Positions 32,052-48,579 of a stretch of DNA of 64,000 nucleotides are shown here, in pieces. The stretch's first letter is position 1, and the number at the start of each line of letters is the position of its first letter. The DNA is taken from NCBI RefSeq assembly GCF_053078305.1, contig NZ_CP166879.1. One strand, given 5' to 3'. The position numbers and the translations under genes are program-made. Below the pieces are notes generated by a model, which was not told the origin of the DNA, ran no database searches, and was given only the letters and a program-made list of their open reading frames with translations.

Positions 32052-32558
32052 TTAGTTGCCCCGCAGCAGACGCATCATGTCTTCTTGCTTCTCGTCTTCG
32101 TCCTCTTCTTCGTCATCGTCATAAGAGAGGCCGAGCTTCTGCATCAACTCATCAATACGATCCAGTTTGGCATCCACCCAGGATTGCTCTTCGGCACTCA
32201 GGGTTTCGCCTGCTTCCAGACGTTCCAGCAGCGCATCCAGACGCTCATCCGTTTCCAGTAATTCCAACTCCGCCTGCGGTGAAAGCATAGGTTTCTCACT
32301 CTTCGGTTTGTGCTGTTTGGTGACTTTTTCAGTCACGCCCAATGGAATAGGGGTTTTACTGCCAATACGTGGATCTTTTGGTGCGTTCTGGCCTTTGCTG
32401 CCTGACGTGGTGTTACCGCCCGCTGCGCGGCTGCCCGGCGCATGACCACGACGTTTTTTCTGACGCTTGCGGTCACGAGCTTCCTGATTCAGCTCTTCGC
32501 GCGTTTTGCGACGCGCTTTTGCATGACCTTTGCTGCGTGATGGTGAAGATGGTTTCAT
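32052..32558 (-). CDS. yihI: Der GTPase-activating protein YihI
   Basis: Highly basic N-terminus and acidic C-terminus ([23 protein letters not shown]…[22 protein letters not shown]); start taken at the internal Met. Confidence 0.9.
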   Translation of the reverse strand: MKPSSPSRSKGHAKARRKTREELNQEARDRKRQKKRRGHAPGSRAAGGNTTSGSKGQNAPKDPRIGSKTPIPLGVTEKVTKQHKPKSEKPMLSPQAELELLETDERLDALLERLEAGETLSAEEQSWVDAKLDRIDELMQKLGLSYDDDEEEDEDEKQEDMMRLLRGN

Positions 32559-32626
32559 AATGGTTCGTCTTTTAGCCGTTTTATTCAGTATAGATTTGCG
32601 GCGGAATCTAACAGAAAGCAAGCAAA

Positions 32627-32869
32627 GAAAAAAGGCGACAGATTACTCTGTCGCCTTTTTTCCTGACTCATAACCCTTAACGGGTCTTACAATCCTTGCA
32701 GGCCGCCAACACACCCTGTTTTTCCATTAGCCGGAACAATCCGTGTTGATTCCATTTCCGTTTAATTACGTCTCCGGACGTTTGTCTTCCTGACAATCCT
32801 CTGTCTTCGCCTCCTGGCGCTCCTGACCCTCATCCTGAGTCATTGTTCCTGTTAGCGTCCTCGCTCTAT
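32627..32869 (-). ncRNA. csrC: CsrC small RNA (CsrA-sequestering)
   Basis: Minus-strand sequence beginning atagagcgaggacgctaacaggaacaatgactcaggatgagggtcaggagcgccaggaggcgaagacagaggattgtcaggaagacaaacgtccggagacg…, with many GGA motifs, ending in the terminator ggcgacagagtaatctgtcgcc plus T-run; lies in the yihA-yihI intergenic as in K-12. Confidence 0.9.
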
Positions 32870-33139
32870 GGGTGCTACTTTACGCCTTTGCTTTAAACAA
32901 ACAATCAACCGCCATCAGTATTTGCACATTTTCAGAGTTTTATATAAAAGCAATTAACTGATTTATATAGCTTATTTGACATGCATCGCAGAATTTTCTC
33001 TGCTATTTCGCATAAAGACTATCGGCAATGTCTCACAAAGCGTATGGCTTTTACTTACAACGCTCACGCCGAAAAATCCGCCTTTTATTATGGTTCAGGT
33101 ATAATCGCCGCAAAGCTTTGACTGACGGAGACGACCGCT

Positions 33140-33772
33140 TTGACTAATTTGAATTATCAACAGACGCATTTTGTGATGAGTGCGCCTGATATTCGCCACC
33201 TACCTTCCGATACCGGAATTGAAGTGGCTTTTGCAGGCCGTTCCAACGCAGGTAAATCCAGCGCGCTGAACACGCTGACTAACCAGAAAAGCCTGGCTCG
33301 TACCTCAAAAACCCCAGGACGCACCCAGCTTATCAACCTGTTTGAAGTGGCTGACGGCAAGCGTCTGGTTGACTTGCCTGGGTACGGTTATGCGGAAGTC
33401 CCGGAAGAGATGAAGCGCAAATGGCAGCGCGCGCTCGGCGAGTACCTCGAAAAACGTCAGAGCCTGCAAGGTCTGGTGGTGCTAATGGATATTCGCCATC
33501 CGCTGAAAGATTTGGATCAGCAGATGATTGAGTGGGCGGTAGACAGCAATATCGCCGTGCTGGTGTTGCTGACCAAAGCGGACAAACTGGCAAGCGGCGC
33601 ACGTAAAGCGCAATTGAATATGGTGCGTGAAGCTGTACTGGCGTTTAACGGTGATGTGCAGGTTGAAACGTTTTCTTCGTTGAAGAAACAAGGCGTGGAC
33701 AAGCTGCGGCAGAAACTGGATACCTGGTTTAGCGAGATGCAGCCTGTAGAAGAAACGCAGGACGGCGAATAA
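33140..33772 (+). CDS. engB: Ribosome biogenesis GTP-binding protein EngB (YihA)
   Basis: 210-aa ORF with P-loop GRSNAGKSS and the DLPGYG switch motif. Confidence 0.95.
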
Positions 33773-33896
33773 TTTTCTTGCCTTAATGCTTGTGCCGGAT
33801 GTGGCGTATCCGGCCCGTAAATTCAATAGATTACAATTCTACCGTTGGCCTGATAAACATGGCGCATCAGGCATTGCGGATTTTTTCTTTCGCCCA

Positions 33897-34006
33897 ATAA
33901 AAAACGCCCCAGTCATTACTGACTGGGGCGGCTAAAATATTCAGCCAAATCCGATTACGTGAAGTAAAAGGTCTGAAAGATAGAACATCTTACCTCTGTA
34001 CCCTAC
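33897..34006 (-). ncRNA. spf: Spot 42 small RNA
   Basis: Minus strand reads gtagggtacagaggtaagatgttctatctttcagaccttttacttcacgtaatcggatttggctgaatattttagccgccccagtcagtaatgactggggcgtttttta, matching Spot 42 and its terminator; located between engB and polA. Confidence 0.95.
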
Positions 34007-34153
34007 GCGACTAACTTTACTCTTTTTTGTTCAGTTCAGAAAGCACTTTTTGTAATTTTTTTTCAGTTGTTGCATAGGAATTTCTAATAGCCATCACAAA
34101 ACGTGACAGCTTATGTTGCTTACTTACGAAAAAAGGGCATGTTCAGGCGAATC

Positions 34154-36940
34154 TTAGTGCGCCTGATCCCAGTTTTCGCCACTCCCCACTTCCACCAGCA
34201 ACGGCACATCCAGACGGGTACAGTTTTCCATCAGTTGATGAATCTGCTTCGCGACGGCATCGACATCATCTTTATGGACTTCAAATACCAGTTCATCGTG
34301 TACCTGCATGATCATACGTACACGCGGTTGCTCAGCCTGTAACCACGCATCAACGGCAATCATCGCCCGTTTGATAATGTCGGCGGCGGTTCCCTGCATT
34401 GGCGCGTTAATGGCTGCACGTTCAGCCGCTGCACGACGAGCACCATTGCTGGATTTGATATCCGGAAGATACAGGCGGCGTCCGTCCAGCGTTTCAACGT
34501 AGCCCTGCTCTTTCGCCTGAGCACGGGTGCGTTCCATATACTCCAGCACGCCAGGGTAGCGTTCGAAGTAAAGGTCCATGTACTTCTGCGCTTCTTTACG
34601 TGGAATGTTCAATTGCCGCGCCAGACCGAAAGCACTCATGCCATAAATCAGACCAAAGTTGATCGCTTTCGCGCTACGGCGTTGCTCGCTGGTGACGGTT
34701 TCCAGTGGCAAACCAAACACTTCTGCCGCCGTTGCCCGGTGGATATCTTTTCCTTCCGCGAATGCGGTCAGCAAGCCTTTGTCACGCGAGAGATGCGCCA
34801 TAATGCGCAGTTCAATCTGCGAGTAGTCCGCTGAGACAATCACATAATCCTCTGGCGCAATAAACGCCTGGCGGATACGACGACCTTCTTCGTTACGCAC
34901 CGGAATGTTTTGCAGGTTAGGATCGGTTGACGATAAACGTCCCGTTGCAGTTACAGCCTGGTGATAAGAGGTATGCACACGCCCGGTTTTCGGGTTGATC
35001 ATCAGCGGCAGCTTGTCGGTGTAGGTCGATTTCAGCTTCGCCAGACCACGATACTCCAGAATCACTTTTGGCAACGGATAGTCCAGCGCCAGTTCTTCCA
35101 GTACCTCTTCCGACGTTGACGGCGCGCCACCCGGCGTTTTCTTCAGCGGTTTAATGCCCTGTTTTTCAAACAGAATGGTTTGTAACTGCTTGGTGGAAGA
35201 AAGGTTAAATTCCTCACCTGCAATTTCATGCGCTTTCTTTTCCAGCTCAGCCAGACGCAAGGTAAGCTCTTCAGAATGATTGTGCAGCACTTTCGGATCG
35301 ATCTTCACACCGTTACGTTCAATGCGTGAAAGCACCGGCACCAGCGGCATTTCGATATTCTCGAAGACGTTCAACGGCCCTTTGTGTTTTTGCAGATCCG
35401 GCCACATTTTCAGATGCAACTGCAAGGTGACATCTGCATCTTCGGCGGCGTAACGTCCGGCCTCTTCGAGGGCAATCTGGTTAAAGGTCAGTTGATTTTT
35501 GCCTTTACCCGCAATCTCTTCAAAAGTGATGGTTTTGTGCTTCAACCAACGTTCTGCGAGGCTGTCCATATCGTGACGGCCAGCAACGCTATTGAGAATG
35601 TAGGACTCCAGCATGGTATCAAACGCAATCCCACGCAGCTCAATGCCGTAATTCGCCAGAATACCGCGATCGTATTTCAGGTTTTGCCCGACCTTCAGCG
35701 CCTTTTCATCTTCCAGCAGCGGTTTTAGCAACTCGAGTGCACGCTCGCGAGAGATTTGATCGGGCGCATCAAGATAATCATGAGCAACCGGAATATATGC
35801 CGCTACGCCTGGCTCGATAGCAAAAGAAAGCCCGACCAGGTTAGCAGAGATGTTATCAAGGCTGTCGGTTTCGGTATCAAATGCAAATACCGGCGCTTTT
35901 TCCAGCTTCGCAATCCACGCTTTCAGTGTTTCTTCATCAAGGATGGTGACGTAGTTGTCATAAGAAATCACCGTTGCCGTCACTTCTGGTGCTTCGTCTG
36001 CAACACTGGTTTCCTGTGGCTTCGCGGCGGGTTTTGCCCCTTTGGCCTGTAACCATTTGCCCGCTTCGACATCAGCAGTCCAGCGTTTGAACTCATACTT
36101 TTTGAACAGCCCCAACAACTCTTCCGCTGCCGGTTGCTGCACTTCCAGTTGTTCACAGGTCAGCTCCAGTTCAACGTCGGTTTTAATCGTCGCCAGCTGG
36201 TATGAGAGATAAGCAACTTCTTTGTTTTGCTCGAGCTTCGCTGCCATTGTTTTCGCGCCACGGAAGCTCAACCCAGCAATTTTTTCTGGCTCGGCATACA
36301 GCGTATCCAGCCCGCCAAGACCTTGCAGCAATGCCTGCGCGGTTTTTTCACCGACGCCCGGTACGCCAGGAATGTTATCAGAGGAGTCACCCATCAGCGC
36401 CAGGAAATCGATGATCAGTTCTGGCGGCACGCCGTACTTATTCACCACCTCTTCCGGTCCGAGGATGGTATTCGTCATGGTATTGATAAGCGTAATATTT
36501 GGCGTCACCAGCTGCGCCATATCTTTATCGCCAGTGCTGATCAGCACCGGACGCCCGGCTTTTTCGGCTTCGCGCGCCAGAGTACCGATAACGTCGTCCG
36601 CTTCTACGCCAGAAACCGCCAGCAGCGGCAGTCCCATCGCTTTAACCATCGCGTGCAAGGGTTCGATTTGTGCTCGCAGATCGTCCGGCATTGGCGGGCG
36701 ATGTGATTTGTAATGTTCAAACAGTTCATCACGAAAGGTTTTTCCCTTGGCGTCAAAGACCACCGCTGCATGCGTCGGTTTATATTGCATGATCAGACTG
36801 CGCAGCATGTTGAGGACACCATACATCGCACCGGTCGGCTCGCCTGCGCTGTTAGTCAGCGGAGGAAACGCGTGATATGCGCGATAAAGATAAGATGAAC
36901 CATCTACAAGGATAAGTGGATTTTGGGGGATCTGAACCAT
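34154..36940 (-). CDS. polA: DNA polymerase I
   Basis: 928-aa ORF beginning [30 protein letters not shown], with 5'-3' exonuclease, 3'-5' exonuclease and family-A polymerase domains. Confidence 0.97.
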
Positions 36941-37303
36941 AATGTCCGTGCCTGTTTATCAGATTATGGGTAAAGGATGCCACAGACAGGATAAAAACAT
37001 GAGTTTTTCACCGCTTTTCGTGAAAATCTTTTGTAGATCTTCTGGATCGCTCGCAAATCGTCATGTGGATAACTTTGTGCATAAATTATTTACATCGCTT
37101 TTAATTTATTATCATGCTTTTTACAGCATGATGTTTGTCTTTGTTTTTCATGCAGTTAAAAATAAAGCCATCCCTAATAATTGAGATAATGGGATTTTTT
37201 CTAATGTGGATAGATATGAATTATTTTTCTCCTTAAGGATCATCCGTTATTTGGGTCGTTTTCTGCTAAAATCTGCGCCTTGCGCTTCTTTAGCGCACTG
37301 TCT

Positions 37304-38236
37304 ATGGCTAACCTTTTGAATAAATTCATTATGACGAGAATACTCGCTGCGATAACCCTTTTGCTGAGTATCGTATTGACCATTTTGGTCACTATTTTTT
37401 GTTCCGTCCCGATCATCATTGCCGGGATTGTAAAACTATTGCTACCTGTGCCAGTCATTTGGCGAAAGGTTTCGCGTTTTTGTGATTTTATGATGTATTG
37501 CTGGTGTGAAGGTCTGGCGGTATTACTGCATCTGAACCCACACCTGCAATGGGAAGTTCACGGGCTGGAAGGGTTAAGTAAGAAGAACTGGTATCTGCTT
37601 ATTTGTAACCACCGTAGTTGGGCAGATATTGTCGTACTGTGCGTGCTGTTTCGTAAGCACATTCCGATGAATAAATATTTCCTCAAGCAACAGCTGGCCT
37701 GGGTGCCATTTCTTGGCCTGGCGTGCTGGGCGCTGGATATGCCGTTTATGAAGCGTTATTCCCGCGCTTATTTATTACGTCATCCGGAGCGACGTGGTAA
37801 AGATGTTGAAACCACTCGGCGTTCTTGTGAAAAGTTTCGCCTGCATCCCACCACCATTGTCAATTTCGTTGAAGGCTCCCGTTTCACGCAAGAAAAACAT
37901 CTGCAAACCCACTCCACTTTTCAAAACTTGTTGCCACCAAAGGCGGCAGGCATTGCGATGGCGCTAAATGTACTGGGTAAACAATTCGATAAACTGCTTA
38001 ATGTTACGCTGTGTTATCCGGACAATAACCGTCAGCCGTTCTTCGATATGTTAAGCGGTAAACTGACGCGGATTGTCGTACATGTGGATTTACAGCCTAT
38101 TGCCGATGAGTTACATGGCGACTACATCAATGACAAAAGCTTTAAGCGCCATTTTCAGCAATGGCTGAACTCATTGTGGCAGGAAAAAGACCGACTTCTG
38201 ACGTCGTTGATGTCATCACAGCGGCAGGACAAGTAA
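37304..38236 (+). CDS. yihG: Lysophospholipid (1-acyl-glycerol-3-phosphate-type) acyltransferase YihG
   Basis: Acyltransferase HX4D-type motif region (NHRSWADI) and an N-terminal TM segment; start taken at MANLLNKF. Confidence 0.85.
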   Translation: MANLLNKFIMTRILAAITLLLSIVLTILVTIFCSVPIIIAGIVKLLLPVPVIWRKVSRFCDFMMYCWCEGLAVLLHLNPHLQWEVHGLEGLSKKNWYLLICNHRSWADIVVLCVLFRKHIPMNKYFLKQQLAWVPFLGLACWALDMPFMKRYSRAYLLRHPERRGKDVETTRRSCEKFRLHPTTIVNFVEGSRFTQEKHLQTHSTFQNLLPPKAAGIAMALNVLGKQFDKLLNVTLCYPDNNRQPFFDMLSGKLTRIVVHVDLQPIADELHGDYINDKSFKRHFQQWLNSLWQEKDRLLTSLMSSQRQDK

Positions 38237-38276
38237 ATTTTGCTCGCCTCTGAATGAGCAGAGGCGAGTGAGTATT

Positions 38277-39707
38277 TTAATGAACAAAACGTCCGGCACG
38301 AGACATAAATTCTTCTTCGCTCATCTCCTGTCCGTTAAAAACAACTTTACCCGGTGTATAACGCAGCTGCAGCGAGGCGGTATTGTTGTCAATCGTGATT
38401 AACTGAAACATCTGACCTAATGTCATCATCCCGCTGATTTGTTTATCAGCCTGCTTTTGCGCTTTTTCCGCATCCATTCCTTCAGATAAATTAAGCTGTT
38501 TTGCGGTTTCTGTGACGACATTAAGCGGTAACTTCACATCAAAATTGAGCGATTTGATATCTTTGTTTGTGGATGATGAAGATTTGGCTGGGTCGGCAAT
38601 ACTGATATCCAGATTGGCATTTAGTTCGCCGAGTGCGTTCTTCCATCTTACCGGTTGTTTAATGGTCGGCTCACTTTGTTGTAATAACGGTAAATACTCT
38701 TTGAACAATGCAGCATTCACTTCTTGCAGAGCAACTTCATCGTTTGCTAATTCAGGGTGTGCAGCAAGCTGCTTCTGCATCGCAATGTTATACTGGATGA
38801 TAAATTGGCGCACTGCTGAGGGATCAATAGATTCAGCAATCAATGACCACTCACCACTACCGAGTTGCTGATTCCCTTTTGTTAACTTATCAAGTTCGTA
38901 GGTCAGATTGACATTGATATAATCTTTGTCTTTAACGCGATCCAGCCTGGTTTTTGCAACGAAAGCATCGATTTGGGCAACGTCTTCCCCGTGATTGATA
39001 ATGTTAATCTGATTAAATTTCGACTCGCTTTCACCAACCGGAAATTTCTTTTCTTCTAATCGCGCCAGAGAATCAATGGTAAAACTTTTTGCCGTTACTT
39101 TGTTCATTGGTGAAAATTGCAGAACAATATCTTCGACTTTGCCTTCAATATCCAGGTTAGACAATGAACTACCATCACCATTAAAAGTAAACTGGCCTTC
39201 ACCAAAAGAGAATTTTCCATACTCTGCAGGGGCAACATCTAATGTCGTGGAGAATGAGCCACCAAACGCGAATCGCAATGTCGCTTCCACGGGCGATTTA
39301 TTTTTCGCGGCGATAAATAGCGGTTGTGTCAGTTCATTATTCACTAAGTTCACTTTTGCCGCTGCCAGTGCTGGGATGACATTACCATGCATTAACATTG
39401 TGATGGGCAACGGACCGTGCTCAACATCCACATCAAATACAACTTTCTGGCCTGGCTTGATATTGAGATCAGGTGCACCGTTATCGAATGTCATTTGCAT
39501 TTGAAAACGGGAATTAAAAAAGCCTTTGTCAAAATTTTGATAACTTAACGTCATATCGTAGGCATGTTCACCTTTCTTTTTAGCATCGTTAAAATCTTTA
39601 ATAAATTTTTCGACACCAGGCTGAATTTGCGTACCTGTGTACCATGTGCCACCACCCCAGATTACGGCTAACGCAACAATAACACCTGTAGCTGACTTAC
39701 GTATCAT
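38277..39707 (-). CDS. yihF: DUF945-family periplasmic/exported protein YihF
   Basis: Signal-peptide-like N-terminus (MIRKSATGVIVALAVIWGG); conserved position between yihG and dsbA. ORF track starts 42 nt further upstream. Confidence 0.8.
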   Translation of the reverse strand: MIRKSATGVIVALAVIWGGGTWYTGTQIQPGVEKFIKDFNDAKKKGEHAYDMTLSYQNFDKGFFNSRFQMQMTFDNGAPDLNIKPGQKVVFDVDVEHGPLPITMLMHGNVIPALAAAKVNLVNNELTQPLFIAAKNKSPVEATLRFAFGGSFSTTLDVAPAEYGKFSFGEGQFTFNGDGSSLSNLDIEGKVEDIVLQFSPMNKVTAKSFTIDSLARLEEKKFPVGESESKFNQINIINHGEDVAQIDAFVAKTRLDRVKDKDYINVNLTYELDKLTKGNQQLGSGEWSLIAESIDPSAVRQFIIQYNIAMQKQLAAHPELANDEVALQEVNAALFKEYLPLLQQSEPTIKQPVRWKNALGELNANLDISIADPAKSSSSTNKDIKSLNFDVKLPLNVVTETAKQLNLSEGMDAEKAQKQADKQISGMMTLGQMFQLITIDNNTASLQLRYTPGKVVFNGQEMSEEEFMSRAGRFVH

Positions 39708-39816
39708 ATAAATATTCCCTGATAAAACAGCAAAACTTTGAATATCCACTTATGCTGAAATAATGTCCAGCGGCAGGATGCATTATCAGAATGTATTTAT
39801 ATTTATTAAATAATAA

Positions 39817-39849
39817 AAAAAGCCCGTGAATATTCACGGGCTTTATGTA
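39817..39849. terminator. Bidirectional rho-independent terminator between yihF and dsbA
   Basis: aaaaaaagcccgtgaatattcacgggctttatg: a perfect palindrome flanked by A- and T-runs. Confidence 0.75.
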
Positions 39850-39861
39850 ATTTACATTGAA

Positions 39862-40488
39862 TTATTTTTTCTCGGACAGATATTTCACTGTATCAGCATA
39901 CTGCTGAACAAAAACATCCATATTGCTGGTATCCATACCCTGCGGATTCAGCTGATATTTACCGTTAACAAACATCGCCGGAACACCACGCAATTGCACG
40001 TCAGCTGCAGCTTTTTCCTGCTGAGCGACCAGAGATTTCACCACGAAGCTGTTCCACGCCGCGTCGTACTCTTCACCTTTAATACCTGCGTTGATAAATA
40101 CATCGCGGATATCAGAAGCAGAACGAATGGTCTGGGTTTTCTGTACGCCTTCAAACAGCGGAACAGTCACTTTGTCTTCCACGCCCAGCGCCATCGCCAC
40201 AGCCCATGCCTGAGTCAGATCTTTGCCCAGGTCACCACCCATGAAGTTGACGTGGTATTTAGTCATCTTCACGCCTTCCGGCAGTTTTTTCTTCACATTA
40301 TCAGAAATATGCAGAACTTCTTCAAACTGATAGCAGTGCGGGCAGAAGAAAGAGAAAAACTCCAGCACTTGCGGCGCGCCAGCTACCGGTTTTTCCAGGG
40401 TAGTGTACTGTTTACCATCTTCATACTGCGCCGCCGATGCGCTAAACGCTAAAACTAAACCAGCCAGCGCCAGCCAAATCTTTTTCAT
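39862..40488 (-). CDS. dsbA: Periplasmic thiol:disulfide oxidoreductase DsbA
   Basis: Signal peptide and the active-site CPHC motif ([13 protein letters not shown]). Confidence 0.97.
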
Positions 40489-40504
40489 GATCTACTCTCT
40501 CCGA

Positions 40505-41491
40505 TTAATACATAGGTGTTAATTGCAAAGGGGGTTCTTGTAGAACTTTTGCCTGTTCTATAAAAGTCGCCGTCTGTCGTAGCCAGTAATCTTCCCCGGT
40601 TAACCACGGGAAATTTTTCGGGAACGCGGGATCAGCCCAACGCCGCATTAGCCAGGCAAGATAATAAACCAAACGCATGGCGCGTAAAGGTTCAATCAGT
40701 CCGATTTCAGCGGTGTCGAACTCGCTAAATTCTTCATAAGCTTCAATAATAGTTTCCAGTTGCATCCGCTGCTCGGCTTTATCGCCATTGAGCAACATCC
40801 ACAAATCCTGAATAGCTGGACCATTACGTGCATCATCCAGATCAACAAACATTGGACCATCGCGCCAGAGAATATTCCCGGCGTGGCAGTCTCCATGTAG
40901 CCGCAGAACGGTGAAATCTTCCCGCCAGTGTGCTGTAACGGCGGCGATCAGCTCATCTGTCGCTTTCAGGAATGCCGCTTTCAACCCGGAAGGTATCAGT
41001 GTAGCGTCCTCAAACAGCTTGCGTGGCTCAATGAGATATTCATTCAGACCGATGGTCGGGCGATGGATAAAAAGCTGTTTGCGCCCCGTCTGGTGCATAC
41101 GCCCTAAATAACGCCCAACCGCTTCCATCTGATCGATATTATCAGCTTCGAACTGGCGACCACCGACGCTTGGAAAAACAGCGAAATAAAATCCCTGATG
41201 ATTCAATAAAGTCTGACCGTTAAAGGCCACAGGTGCTGCGACCGGAACTTCATCATTTACCAGCTGCAACGCAAATTGATGTTCTTCGAGGATTTGATCG
41301 GCTGTCCAACGTTCAGGGCGATAAAATTTGACGACAAAACGTCGACGATCTTCGTCCTGAAATTGATAGACACGGTTTTCATAGCTGTTAAGCGGGGTAA
41401 GACCGGAATCCACCCGGATCCCTTGCTCAAACAGAGCGTCCATGATGGTATCCGGGTGTAGTGTCTGGAAAGTAAAAGCGCTGTTGTTCAT
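40505..41491 (-). CDS. srkA: Stress response Ser/Thr protein kinase SrkA (YihE)
   Basis: 328-aa ORF with a eukaryotic-like kinase catalytic loop (LHGDCHAGNILW) and DLDD motif; directly upstream of dsbA in the same orientation. Confidence 0.9.
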   Translation of the reverse strand: MNNSAFTFQTLHPDTIMDALFEQGIRVDSGLTPLNSYENRVYQFQDEDRRRFVVKFYRPERWTADQILEEHQFALQLVNDEVPVAAPVAFNGQTLLNHQGFYFAVFPSVGGRQFEADNIDQMEAVGRYLGRMHQTGRKQLFIHRPTIGLNEYLIEPRKLFEDATLIPSGLKAAFLKATDELIAAVTAHWREDFTVLRLHGDCHAGNILWRDGPMFVDLDDARNGPAIQDLWMLLNGDKAEQRMQLETIIEAYEEFSEFDTAEIGLIEPLRAMRLVYYLAWLMRRWADPAFPKNFPWLTGEDYWLRQTATFIEQAKVLQEPPLQLTPMY

Positions 41492-41567
41492 CCCATCATC
41501 CGGAAAACATTACGAATGATGAAGGATATCATTTCACGATGATTTTGGTGGCGCCGCTTACAAGCTT

Positions 41568-41837
41568 TTACTCTTTAATTACGCCGCGAGCGCGTAACAG
41601 CGCCGTTTTGAAGTCTTCTTCATAATCTTTCTGCAAACCCGGGATCACCGCATCTTTCGCGGAATCACGCATTTTCAGGTGATAGATCAGAATGTCATCC
41701 GTCAAATCCGCCAGTTCGCCGTCAAAACCTGACTCTTTCGCCAGTTTCTGCAAAAATTGCAACAGGTTAAGGTCTGGCTCTTTTTGCCAGGCTGGCTGGA
41801 GGAGTTCAATAACTTCATTCAGACGTTTACATTTCAT
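41568..41837 (-). CDS. yihD: DUF1040-family protein YihD
   Basis: 89-aa [36 protein letters not shown]…; start taken at the internal Met. Confidence 0.85.
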
Positions 41838-41906
41838 AGTAATGCTCCTTACTCTTGAGACAGACACGTTAGCAGGGTCAATCCCACAATAAAAGAGGCG
41901 ATATCG

Positions 41907-42491
41907 GTGAATCTGATTACGACGATAACAGGCGTTGTGCTGGCAGGCGGTAAAGCCAGACGAATGGGCGGCGTAGATAAAGGATTGCTTGAATTAAACG
42001 GCAAACCATTATGGCAGCATGTCGCTGACGCGCTTATGACGCAGCTCTCTCACGTCGTGGTTAATGCTAATCGTCATCAGGAAATCTATCAGGCAAGCGG
42101 TCTGAAAGTGATTGAAGATTCACTGGCGGATTACCCAGGCCCTCTGGCAGGAATGCTTTCAGTAATGCAGCAGGAAGCTGGTGAGTGGTTTTTGTTTTGC
42201 CCGTGCGATACGCCTTACATTCCCCCTGATTTAGCAGCCCGGCTTAATCATCAGCGCAAAGATGCGCCTGTCGTGTGGGTCCATGACGGTGAACGCGATC
42301 ACCCGACTATTGCTCTGGTAAACCGCGCTATTGAGCCTTTATTACTAGAATATCTGCAAGCAGGAGAACGCCGGGTAATGGCATTTATGCGTCTGGCTGG
42401 CGGTCATGCGGTTGATTTCAGCGATCATAAAGATGCATTTGTTAACGTGAATACGCCAGAGGAGCTTGCCCGATGGCAGGAAAAACGATGA
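41907..42491 (+). CDS. mobA: Molybdenum cofactor guanylyltransferase MobA
   Basis: 194-aa ORF with the [11 protein letters not shown] nucleotide-binding motif. Confidence 0.93.
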
Positions 42492-43000
42492 TACCGTTAC
42501 TCGCCTTTGCCGCGTGGAGTGGTACCGGAAAAACTACGCTTTTGAAAAAACTGATCCCGGCATTATGTGCCAGAGGGATCCGTCCAGGGCTGATTAAGCA
42601 TACGCACCATGATATGGATGTTGATAAGCCAGGCAAAGATAGCTATGAGCTGCGCAAGGCTGGCGCGGCACAAACCATCGTTGCCAGCCAGCAACGATGG
42701 GCCTTGATGACGGAAACACCAGACGAAGAAGAGCTGGATCTACAGTTTCTCGCAAGTCGAATGGATACCTCAAAGCTGGATTTGATTCTGGTCGAAGGGT
42801 TTAAGCATGAAGAGATCGCAAAGATTGTGCTGTTTCGCGATGGAGCCGGACATCGACCTGAAGAATTAGTGATAGACAGGCATGTTATTGCTGTAGCCAG
42901 TGATGTGCCGCTTAATCTTGATGTCGCGTTACTGGATATTAATGATGTTGAGGGGCTGGCTGATTTTGTGGTGGAGTGGATGCAAAATCAGGACGGATAA
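42473..43000 (+). CDS. mobB: Molybdopterin-guanine dinucleotide biosynthesis adapter protein MobB
   Basis: Walker A motif [10 protein letters not shown]; overlaps the mobA 3' end. Confidence 0.9.
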   Translation: MAGKTMIPLLAFAAWSGTGKTTLLKKLIPALCARGIRPGLIKHTHHDMDVDKPGKDSYELRKAGAAQTIVASQQRWALMTETPDEEELDLQFLASRMDTSKLDLILVEGFKHEEIAKIVLFRDGAGHRPEELVIDRHVIAVASDVPLNLDVALLDINDVEGLADFVVEWMQNQDG

Positions 43001-43054
43001 GCAAGAGTAGGCTGGAGCAGACGCGCCAGCGTCGCATCCGGCATTTTTTTCACC

Positions 43055-43090
43055 AACGCAAAAAGGCCATCCGTCAGGATGGCCTTCTGC
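43055..43090 (-). terminator. rRNA operon terminator (T1-like) downstream of the 5S gene
   Basis: Minus-strand hairpin aaggccatcctgacggatggcctt followed by tttttgcg. Confidence 0.8.
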
Positions 43091-43098
43091 TTGATTTG

Positions 43099-43218
43099 AT
43101 GCCTGGCAGTTCCCTACTCTCGCATGGGGAGACCCCACACTACCATCGGCGCTACGGCGTTTCACTTCTGAGTTCGGCATGGGGTCAGGTGGGACCACCG
43201 CGCTACGGCCGCCAGGCA
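43099..43218 (-). rRNA. rrfA: 5S ribosomal RNA
   Basis: 120-nt exact-looking match to E. coli 5S (tgcctggcggccgtagcgcggtgg…gggaactgccaggcat) on the minus strand. Confidence 0.97.
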
Positions 43219-43311
43219 AATTCTGTTTTATCAGACCGCTTCTGCGTTCTGATTTAATCTGTATCAGGCTGAAAATCTTCTCTCAATCCGCCAAAACAGC
43301 TTCGGCGTTGT

Positions 43312-46214
<2,903 letters not shown>

Positions 46215-46397
46215 TCACAACCCGAAGATGTTTCTTTCGATTCATCATCGTGTTGCGAAAATTTGAGAGACTCACGAACAACTTTCGTTGTTCAGTGTTT
46301 CAATTTTCAGCTTGATCCAGATTTTTAAAGAGCAAAACTTCGCAGTGAACCTTTGCAGGTACACTCTGAAGTATTTTTTATTTAATCACTACAGAGA

Positions 46398-46473
46398 TGG
46401 TGGAGCTATGCGGGATCGAACCGCAGACCTCCTGCGTGCAAAGCAGGCGCTCTCCCAGCTGAGCTATAGCCCC
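46398..46473 (-). tRNA. alaT: tRNA-Ala (UGC)
   Basis: Minus strand ggggctatagctcagctgggagagcgcctgctttgcacgcaggaggtctgcggttcgatcccgcatagctccacca; in the 16S-23S spacer. Confidence 0.97.
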
Positions 46474-46515
46474 ATAACATGTAGTTAAAACCTCTTCAAA
46501 TTTGCCGTGCAAATT

Positions 46516-46592
<77 letters not shown>

Positions 46593-46660
46593 GTAGAGGT
46601 TTTACTGCTCATTTTCATCAGACAATCTGTGTGAGCACTGCAAAGTACGCTTCTTTAAGG

Positions 46661-48202
<1,542 letters not shown>

Positions 48203-48289
48203 AAAAGTTTGATGCTCAAAGAATTAAACTTCGTAATGAATTACGTGTTCACTCTTGAGACTTGGTATTCATTTTTCGTCTTGCGACGT

Positions 48290-48560
48290 TAAGAATCCGT
48301 ATCTTCGAGTGCCCACACAGATTGTCTGATAAATTGTTAAAGAGCAGTGCCGCTTCGCTTTTTCTCAGCGGCGCGGGGTGTGCATAATACGCTTTCCCGC
48401 TACAGAGTCAAGCATTTATTTTTGCTTTCTCTGCCGGAATTCTCAGGAGAACCCCGCTGACCCGGCGGCGTGTTTGCCGTTGTTCCGTGTCAGTGGTGGC
48501 GCATTATAGGGAGTTATTCCGGTCTGACAAGAGGAAATTTAAAATAATTTTCTGACCGCG
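48290..48560 (-). promoter_or_regulatory. rRNA operon promoters P1 and P2 with UP element and boxA antiterminator leader
   Basis: Minus strand: P1 -35 ttgtca (48526..48531) and -10 tataat (48504..48509) with an upstream A/T-rich UP element; P2 -35 ttgact (48406..48411) and -10 tattat (48384..48389); boxA tgctctttaacaa (48335..48347). Confidence 0.85.
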
Positions 48561-48579
48561 CATTTTTTATTCTTTATGC

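Noticed and set aside
39826-40452. 208-aa plus-strand ORF
   Set aside because: Exactly antisense to dsbA, which has the unmistakable CPHC motif and signal peptide.
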